From Phoronis australis (Eukaryota; Animalia; Phoronida): a stretch of DNA of 37,755 nt. The DNA lies in contig NMRA01000014.1 in NCBI GenBank assembly GCA_002633005.1, positions 255,132 through 292,886 of the forward strand. The letters run 5' to 3'. A model generated the notes under the pieces. That model saw only the letters and a program-made list of their open reading frames with translations. It searched no databases and was not told where the DNA came from. Both the position numbers and the translations under genes were made by a program. Positions 12,901-23,700 of this stretch are shown here, piece by piece (within the stretch, counting starts at the first letter, position 1; every line of letters begins with the position of its first letter).

Positions 12901-15900
12901 CCATGGATAAAAAACATTGGGGTCCACGCTCACGTCTATATATTGATTTAGATGTTTTTCATCCACAACGGAACTGTCGAGGTGTGCGATGAACACGGGA
13001 ACAAAGTAGGCTCGGATCTTGGACCAGGTCACTTCTTCGGTGAAGTCTGCATTCTGTTCGGAATTCCCCGGACGGCCTCGTTTAGGTGAGTGTCCGTACC
13101 AACCGCAACACCTCGGATATTTTCCTAGGTTCATATGCAAAAATGACTTTCCGGGTGTGTCCGAACGTGTACGACATATTTGTCGCCATTCTCAACGTTC
13201 TTTATCCGGTGTCAACACTTGACGATATAGCCTTCCTAGTAGTCAGCAGCAAACAATATTATATGTTCTGATTGGTTGGAACTGGATAACTTATGATTAT
13301 TCTGTTTGGAAAAATGTAATGCTATGCGACTAGACTCTCAGCCGCTGCAATAACGGCAAGCTAAATTGATACGTTCGTGTTCTGCCAATCACTCAACATA
13401 ACAAGACACCCAATAGTAAGCAACTATTCAATTTTCTGGCTTAGTGTGCATTTATTAACGCTTACACGGTAACCGTTCTTGTAGAGTACAGATCCTATCG
13501 AATGCAACGTTTGTATAGGTCTATTCCATACACCTCACATGTTCTCGTTGCTTCAAATCTCCCTGGGGGGGGGGGGTTTCTGAACGGAATTTGCCTGTTT
13601 GAAGTATCATAATGGTTCGGCTAAACCATACTTCTTTTAACCTGACAAGAAATTCACGTCACATTAAACACAATGTTCTCTAAACTGTTACTTGTTTTGC
13701 CTTGAGGGATGCAATTTATGATATAGCTTGACTGACGTTCGAACACACGCAGTTAAACTGATTAAAACCACTATTTTCATGCCAAAATACCAAAAAAACA
13801 ACTCCTATCAGCTGTCAAAGTAGAATACCGTAATGACGAGATGATTGACAGCTGGTCTCGAGTAACGAACTTTTATAGATCGATACGCACTGCGTAGAAT
13901 AGAGGCAACCAATCATAGCATTAGTCATCCTCCAGTGCTTTTAAAGTAGAATAGCACCCCATTTAATTAGTCTTTTTTGCCGTCTTAATCGGTCTCTATC
14001 CACGTCATTCGATAATTTCAACACCTCCGTCTTCCGTCAGGCGTCGGGTAACGCATACGTACGTGTCGTTATGGAGTAGAACTACTCGATCTTAATTGAT
14101 ACAAATTAGGTTGTTTTTTGGGTGGCATGCTCCTTTAACTCGAAAGGCAGTCCGGTATTGCTACCTTGTGTCCCCGTGATTTCTGATATCGTAAAGGACA
14201 ACGAGGCCTCGCGCTATGGTGGTTGTGACAACTCAGAATTCGAACATTAATTATAGTTCTTTTCACTTTACCGCGGGACATCAGAGAAACCAAGATATAC
14301 GTGTGCTAAAAAGGTGGACATAACACACTAGCGCCGGGCACGTTCATACGTCACACTGTCATACTGTGGAGCTAAGTAACCTTCCATCAAAGTCGAGTTT
14401 CTTCGTTTCTCGTTATTGAGATATCGAATTCACGCTTGTGATAGGCAGTGCTGTTAATGAAGGTTTAACGATTCTGAAAATGGGGTCACTTCACAAAACA
14501 ATGTGAATGGATACATTAATAGTTTAAATGCATTTCTGAGAAAATGTAGCTTTCAGCTGACTTTTATCACGTCTGAATTTTATCGCTGTGCCATGATGTG
14601 CTGCTGCAGTTGCTTCTCAATCGTCTGCTTTCCAGGGCAAAGGATCGTGTCGACGTTTTTTCGTTGGATCGAGCTAAGTTGTTTGAGGCCATGAATCTGT
14701 ATCCGACCTTTAAATGTAACCTGTTTTCGATCGCTTTACTTAAGCGACTCCGCATGAGTGGCCAGTACGAGAGAGACGGTGTGGCAGACATGAACAAGGA
14801 TCAGGTTGTACAGTACATGTATACGTATTAGATAAACTTTCGAGCTTCGTGACGTCAGTGGGATACAGTTTGGCGTCTGGACTGTAGTTAAACAAGTCTG
14901 ATGTAAAACTGCCTTCCATGTCATGGGGCCGTAAGCTACCGTTGGTTTATAAAAATACTTCTTTGAGCACTTTTGGGGGGGGGGGGTTGTTTTGATGTTT
15001 TGTATGGTGTCGCTTAAGAGTCACAACACACCAGGGAATCACAACACGCCAGTGACAGCTCACTTAACATTAGTGAGAAATAACAGCGCAATTGTAAAAA
15101 CTCACAACACAATCGTAAACTCGCAACACAACAATTATGAAAGTGACAACACAACTCAAAAACTCACAACGCACTGTATTTAATAAAAATAGAGACCCCA
15201 TGCATAAAAATGCACGTACCTATGACATTTGACTTTTAAATTTGGCTAATTCTTTAAATTGGACATCGGATTAAACGTATGAAAACAATGAATTTAGGTA
15301 TCGATAAGGTGTAACACTGCACATAATAATTTCAAAGGTTGCTTCTAGTCATAAAATTATGCAAATTAAAATGCGAATTTATGACGATATTTTATAGAGA
15401 TAATCTAGCCACACAGGAAAAATGAAGTTACACTCTTGACATTGTCACAGGTTGTAGCCATAGCCATTGGTCTATTCTATCATAAGTCTGAAAATCATTT
15501 TTAATCTGAGTAAGGAACAAATGACTCCAGATGGAGCATGTGGCTCAAACTTCTTGTTTTATGACAGAAGCGCAGGTTCATGACCCCTCTAATGCTAAAA
15601 TTTTTCAGCTCAATGAATATTTGAAAATACAGTTGTGGAGACACGTAGCCGAGTTTGACCGATCGCGATCACCGACAGCCAGTCCTGTGCCTAGTGAACG
15701 CAGTGCCTACGATTACCCCTATAACAGCGACAGTGACGAGTCCTTGGACAGCACAATCGAAATTCCCAAGTCGTCTGCTTCTTGTTTTCATCTGGCCGTG
15801 AGTGTGAAGAGCGCTTGCACGCTAATGAAGCGAAGAGCATCGGAAGCACAAACTAAGAGGGCAAGACCTTCACAGCTGGACTTTTCAAATAGGAAGTTTG

Positions 15901-18900
15901 TTCCCGCAAAGAAATTATCGAAAAGTGACACTACAACTGTGAAAGTCACCGATTTCGACCAGGACGCTGAAAACAAGCGTGGCACAAAACGTACGAACAC
16001 CAACAAGAGTAACAACGAGACTGAATGCTCAGCTCCTACTCGCCAGTTGCATTCCGTGGATTCCATGAAAACCGAAATGTCACCCAACAATGATGGCGGC
16101 AAAGATGGGAATGACGCATTTTGCGGTTTTTGCGGAACCTGCACGAGTTTTCAGTCTTTGAAAAATGGCCGACAATCTGTTAAACATGCTGATAGGAAGA
16201 GACGAAATTTTATCGAAGACGATGATGAACTTCTCACGTTAGGCAGGTACCTTACGCAAATAAACATGGAAGCTGAAGTCAATGCAAGATTGAAAAAGGA
16301 GAAAGCGAAATGTTTACGCAAAGAAAATTATGGATACGTCGAGTACTTGTCGGGAGTCACAAGGGCTGACGATCTTGATGTTTACGAAAATCTCCGTCAA
16401 CTGTCTGCCGAAGAACAACGTGTAATCAACACCTTCGCCAATGTATTTCGACAACGAGAGCCGAAACATCTTCAATTCGAAATCGGCGAGACCATCAAGG
16501 ATTCTTCGGAATTCTCAAATCGCCTAAAAGAGTGCAACCCAAGTCTGTTTGACAATGGTCACGATGTTTTCGTGCATCTGCCGTTCACTGACCAAGAGAG
16601 CGATGAGTTCCAAACTGATTGTGCGATTGATATCGAATTAGGATCCGCCGTGTCTGTCACTGGTGTACGTAGTGACGTAACGACCAAACGTCCGAAATTT
16701 ACCTGTAGTTCCTCAACAAAAGATGGAGCTGTAAACAAGAACTGGAACGCTCGAAGACATGACGAGAAGCCAAAAGAGAGAAAACCCAAGACCAACAAAG
16801 TTGGGCCCGTCCCAAACACTGGAACAACAGACAAACGCAACAAACAAAATGTTGCGAATGTCAGAAACACGGTTGATTCCGGTACCGTCACTCCCGCACA
16901 AAATCAAACATCTTTAGATGAAACACGTAACAGTGATTTTTCCGNACATTTACTGAATTAAGGCTTATTCATGTTAATTCGGTAACTGAGCTGGTGGTCC
17001 TGGGGGTGGGGTCCACGATAAAATAAGGAAACTCACTCATCTAGAGAATTTTATTGGAAACAGCATAGTTTTGAAGAGAGACTGCTGTGAAAAAGTCACT
17101 CTTGACTTCTGTGCATCACGTACCATACACCTCTTATTTTGGGAGCTCTCCCACCCAGGACAATATGAATATGTGCTGTTAGCCTACCCGGCATCGGGTG
17201 AGTTTCCAAAAAGAAACACTTAGTTCCACTCAATAAACCTGTTTCTCAGTGGGGTAACTGGTGGGGATAACATCACCGAACGATGTTGATAGAAACTGAT
17301 TGCTAAAAAGTTACCAAGTAATGTTGTGTAGTCTCCGAATGGAACTGCATAGTCATAGAGCTCACACGGGGTTTCAGCATCCACACACTTTTTGCCAGTT
17401 AGTTGACCCCGTTGACCGCAATTGTCCACGAATATAGTAACCTTAGGTTTTTTTGGGAATTTGTGGCCACCTGTCGAAGACTTGCACCAGGGAAATTATC
17501 AGTAATAACGTTTAGCGCGACGACGTATTTTGATAAAAATTCCATCTTTTACCAGTTGTTTACATGCAGACAGCGACGCATGCGCAATTCAATCACCACT
17601 AGTACAGCAGCGACACCTCGAGGAGAATTCTCCGAATAGCCCCATTGTAAAAACTCACAACACAATCGTAAACTCGCAACACAACAATTATGAAAGTGAC
17701 AACACAACTCGAAAACTCACAACGCACTGTATTTAATAAAAATAGAGACCCCATGTATAAAAATGCACGTACCTATGACATTTGACTTTTAAATTTGGCT
17801 AACTCTTTAAATTGGACATCGGATTAAACGTATGAAAACAATGAATTTAGGTGTCGATAAGGTGTAACACTGCACATAATAATTTCAAAGGTTGCTTCTA
17901 GTCATAAAATTATGCAAATTAAAATGTGAATTTATGACGATATTTTGTAGAGATAATCTAGCCACACAGGAAAAATGAAGTTACACTCTTGACATGGTCA
18001 CAGGTTGTAGCCATAGCCATTGGTCTATTCTATCATAAGTCTGAAAATCACTTTTAATCTGAGTAAGGAACAAATGACTCCAGATGGAGCATGTGGCCCA
18101 AACTTCTTGTTTTATGACAGAAGCGCAGGTTCATGACCCCTCTAATGCTAAAATTTTTCAGCTCAATGAATATTTGAAAATACAGTTGTGGAGACACGTT
18201 GCCGAGTTTGACCGATCGCGATCACCGACAGCCAGTCCTGCGCATAGTGAACGCAGTGCCCACGATTACCTCTATAACAGCGACAGTGACGAGTCCTTGG
18301 ACAGCACAATCGAAATTCCCAAGTCGTCTGCTTCTTGTTTTCATCTGGCCGTGAGTGTGAAGAGCGCTTGCACGCTAATGAAGCGAAGAGCATCGGAAGC
18401 ACAAACTAAGATGGCAAGACCTTCACAGCTGGACTTTTCAAACAGGAAGTTTGTTCCCGCAAGGAAATTATCGAAAAGTGACACCACAACTGTGAAAGTC
18501 ACCGATTTTGACCACGACGCTAAGAACAAGCGTGGCACAAAACGTACGAACACCAACAAGAGTAACAACGAGAACGAATGCTCAGCTCATACTCGCCAGT
18601 TGCATTCCATGGATTCCATGAAAACCGAAATGTCACCCAACAATGATGGCCGCAAATATGGAAATGATGCATTTTGCGGTTTTTGCGGAACCTGCACAAG
18701 TTTCCAGTCTTTGAAAAATGGCCGACAATCTGTTGAACATGCCGATAGGAAGAGACGAAATTTTATCGAAGACGATGATGAACTTCTCACGTTAGGCAGG
18801 TACCTTACGCAAATAAACATGGAAGCTGAAGTCAAAGCAAGATTGAAAAAGGACAAAGCGAAATGTTTACGCAAAGAAAATTATGGATACGTCGAGTACT

Positions 18901-20230
18901 TGTCGGGAGTCACAAGGGCTGACGATCTTGATGTTTACGAAAATCTCCGTCAACTGTCTGCCGAAGAACAACGTGTAATCAACGCCTTCGCCAATGTTTT
19001 TGGACAACGAGAGCCGAAACATCTTCAATTCGAAATCGGCGAGACCATCAAGGATTCTTCGGAATTCTCAAATCGCCTAAAAGAGTGCAACCCAAGTCTG
19101 TTTGACAATGGTCAAGATGTTTTCGTGCATCTGCCGTTCACTGACCAAGAGAGCGATGAGTTCCAAACTGACTGTGCGATTGATATCGAATTAGGACACG
19201 CTGTGTCTGTCACTGGTGTACGTAGTGACGTAACGACCAAACGTCCGAAGTTTAGCTGTAGTTCTTCAACAAAAGATGGAGCTGTAAACAAGAACTGGAA
19301 TGCCCGAAGACATGACGAGAAGCCAAAAGAGAGAAAACCCAAGAACAACAAAGTTGGGCCCGTCCCAAACACTGGAACAACAGACAAACGCAATGAACAA
19401 AATGTTGCGAATGTCAGAAACACGGTTGATTCCGGTACCGTTACTCCCGCACAAAATCAAACATCTTTAGATGAAACACGTAACAGTGATTTTTCCGGAC
19501 AGAAAATCAACAGTTCTTCTTGGACAACGACCAAGGTCAATCGGGTCAAATCCCCTGGCTCGAACACCGTGCGTTTGGAGGTCACGGTGGAGGCAGCACC
19601 TGAGTTTTGTGCTGAACCCAGGGAGAGCTCGATATTTGAAACGCCTTTCCAAGTTTTGGCTTCACGAGGTATGCTGCTAATGCTAATGAGTTGNAAGAAA
19701 CGCGCGTTTCAGTTTAGAAAACTGCTTATAGTTTTGCTCTGACGTTGTGGTAAAATGACATCGATAAAATTTCCAGTTTATTGAATTCCAAAGCTTATCC
19801 AGAATTGACGCTGGAAAACGGTTTACCCTGTGTTCAAATGCATTTGAAGAGCTGATCGTCTTCTTGTAACGACAGTGTTGAACCAGTTTACACAGTCCTT
19901 AGTTTACGCATATTAAACAATACTCATTGCAGCAAAACAGTCACAGTCGGAAGAAGGCTTCATCAGGAGATTCTCGAGAAGACTTCTCTTGTGGAATCGC
20001 TTTATAATATACCCTTACAGAAATAAGGCTTTTAAGTACTTCAGGACGGTATCAGTCTTCGTCAACTTCCTGTCCAGTGTTCTTCTGATCTTTGACGTAA
20101 GTGTTACAAAACTGCTATGAGCTGATGACCTTGTGGGATAATTCTCGCTTCCTTCGTTCAAGGTCGTGGGTTCGAGTCCCACTGGGGCACACTGGTAAAC
20201 CCATGAGTTAGGTCTTTAGAGCCTCAGCTC

Positions 20231-20270
<40 letters not shown>

Positions 20271-20638
20271 GTTTGTATGCAGATATGGGGTTATTATTTG
20301 AAACCTTGCAGTGGGGTAAAATTTTGAGACCTCGTTCCGGGGCATATATATAATATATAGCCCGCAACTATATATGCCCCATTGGGTATATGCCCCGGAA
20401 CAATATATATCCCGCAATTATATATACCTCGCTAGGTATATACCCCAGTACAATATATAGCCCGCAAGTATATATGTCCCATTGGGTGTATACAATATAT
20501 ACCCCGCANNNNNNNNNNNNNNNNNNNNNNNNNNNNNNNNNNNNNNNNNNNNNNNNNNNNNNNNNNNNNNNNNNNNNNNNNNNNNNNNNNNNNNNNNNNN
20601 NNNNNNNNNNNNNNNNNNNNNNNNNNNNNNNNNNNNNN

Positions 20639-20708
<70 letters not shown>

Positions 20709-23700
20709 CATACATATATTAATAATGCAAAAAGTGGTTCCAAGCGATCCGTGCAATGGGCCTACCTGAGTGCCCTGCGCACATCTGGTACAACGTGTAC
20801 CACACTGCCAGTAATTATTTTTCTAAACAAGAAATTGCACGCTCTGTCAACAACTCTCATCTCACAGCAAAGGCATGGCCTTTAAGTTTTAAGGTATCGT
20901 CCCATCTCAACCCTCAAGTGATTACCTAATTACCTAATTCAGTCGTCTCGTATTGACAAGACTAGAACACTTTAACTTACATATTTCCTGAACATTTCAA
21001 AAGCGTAATCAAATGTTTTATAATTTTTAATAATCTACACACGTGTCCCCTCATTCCAATTCACCTCTGGCCAGAATGCTGCGTATCTTTCTTCTTAAAA
21101 GCAACACAAATGTACAAAATTTGTTATGTATAACTTCGATATCGTCACCCATATTGTGACCCCGTTTTTCTGCTACAACACTTTTTGACACGTGCTTTTC
21201 TGGAGGAAATGGTGCTTCGACGCTTGTTCTGTCGAACCTTTTTGTGCACCTAACCATGTTTCTTTAGGCAGACATTCAATACCATGACGGTGCTTTTAAT
21301 ATGGCGTGGTTTCAACAGGAATTCCCTCAATAAACCACATATTGTCTGCGATAGCTTCCGTATATGAACATAGTAATCTTTGTTTTTTGTCAAATTAATT
21401 GATAATTTTCTCATTTGTGCTATTCTGCTGACATATTAATCATTTAGCTGTTTCGTCAAATAATGTCAAGTCGTCGGCAATCTACAAAAATACAAATTTA
21501 ACATACATGTACTAACAGTGACACTAGTAATTAGATCCGTTACAATAAGTGTTTCTAGATCTTTGATTAATAATGTACCACAACAGAAACGGGACTGACA
21601 ACCCTATCTTACCCGAAATGTAGTCTGCAACAGTTTCTGACTTCTCTAACGACACGTGATTGATTAAACACTTTCGTACATAATATTTTCTAATGTTATT
21701 AATACATCTTTCCATTGAGGTCACATTTGAAAAGATTCCATTTCATGTCAGTCCTCCAGGTTCAATCGAATGCTTCCCTGTAATCCAAGGATAAATAGTA
21801 AAATCTCCCCTTGATTTATGGGGATGTTTATCGATTAACGTATTTGATATAAAGATGATATCAAACGTGGCATGTTTTTCTTAAATCTCTCTGGGCTTCG
21901 GAAGAAAGTGTCATGTGACCCTCCCTGTGATCTCCCTATTACTATTCGGATCATCCCGCCAATACTTCGACGTAAGCGAATGGAACGTAACTCCCAGTGC
22001 CCATGGTGTGGGGGTAGACTCCTGTATAAAATATACTGCTAAACAGATGCACCAGTACAAATGTATAAAATTCCAAGGCAGTTATGTCCGTGCCAGTGAC
22101 TTTCTCCAAAATTTATTTACTTTACAGCACTAACTACTTCCGTTTGTGTAATTTTGTCATGTGAAACCGTGTTGTTGATACTATCAACAGTCATAGGCTT
22201 ATAATTATTGAGAATGCCCTCCACAAAAATATGACGTCGGTGTTAGCAATGTTCAACATCAATGCACTTCTCTGGAGCACCCGTGTTCAAATTGGCCATT
22301 TTGTTCAAAGTGGACTGTTTTATTTGTTGTTCTCCCGTGTGCTCAACAAATTACATGACAACTTAAAATACATGTTAATGTCGCCCTCGTCTACACAACC
22401 TCTAATTTGGTCAATTGCTTATAGGGCTTCCGCTGAATTCAAAATCTTCGGTATGCTGTTTTAATATTTTCGTACCAATGCCTCTTACTCTTTATCTTTA
22501 TTAGATTGTTCACTTCTTTTCCATAATCACTGATATGGTACATTTATTCGTAAATTTTACACGATAAATTTTCTTCAAAAGTTGTTAGCGCGCTTCCCAG
22601 GACACCACAGCTTTCAACCCTCATCTGGTCGCCACACTTTTTGAACTAGCCTCGGTCACCTTAAACTATTTCCCCCTCTTAAGTTCTGTCACAAGGTTTG
22701 ATCTGGATGGCTCTAAAATCCCCTTGACCCCACACCCCACGACCCCCTGGACCCACAACCCCCCACCCACGACCCCCTCGACCCACTACTTGTGACATTA
22801 GATCTATCTTTGCGCTTTTTACACAGTTCATGGTAATATTGGGTCGCTGAATGACTTTCCTACGCGCGAATCTGCTCTGGCTCAAGTCTGGTGCTTAAAA
22901 AAAAGTGGCGTGAGAACGTGGTCTGAAATAGCGAATTGAGAGTGCGCTATCGTTGTCACGGAAATAGTTCCTCGAGCAGTTAGCAATGGGCCTGCTCTAC
23001 TATATAAACTTAGGGAGAGTACGTTAACATGAATGTACATAATTTCACGTTTTTTATTATTTGATTTCTGTTGTATACTTATTTACAATATACTCCGTAT
23101 AAGATTGGGATACTTTTTAGTTAACAATTTGTTTTGTCAAACTGTACATGTACCTATTTACTGAAGAATTTTCATATTCGGCGCTTCCTCGCACTCTCCC
23201 AACAAGCTTGAATCTGCCTTTCCCTGAGGAGCAGACCATACGATTGCACTCTATCATTCGTAACGTTGGTAAGTCTTGGACTTGATTTGGTCGCGTTGAC
23301 TCTCTTAATTGCAAAAAAACAAGGAAAAGCCAGCCGAGCTCACGGCCTGACTCGTTCGTCCTGCAAGCCAGCGCTTGTTCTATGTTCAGATCGACTTGAG
23401 CTTGTGTAGACTGTGCCGAGAGTGTCGTGGGTTGCTACGGTTCAGGGGATCGAGGGTTTTAGAACAATCCGTTGGATCCTGTGGGCATTGCTGTGGGTCA
23501 ACTGGACGGATCGTGGGGTTGTGGTTTTAAGTCATCTTAACTATTTTTGTAGCGTCGAATTTATCCGCTGAGGTGCATGCAACTTAGGCGTGTGCAGATT
23601 TACAATCATACAGAAAGTCATGTGACTTTTAGGCGGAAGAATGATTGGCAATATGACAAAAGTTCACTCGTCCAACGAAAACATTTAATTTCAAGGGTAT

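Noticed and set aside
15531-19742. 476-aa and 552-aa ORFs as stand-alone tandem genes
   Set aside because: They have splice sites whose phases fit the channel gene; the ORF ends are read-through into intron or across an n.
20158-20190. tRNA gene
   Set aside because: Only the T-arm/B-box is present; no cloverleaf can be drawn.
20390-20769. IYIY-repeat ORFs
   Set aside because: Produced by the (AT)n microsatellite and the gap.
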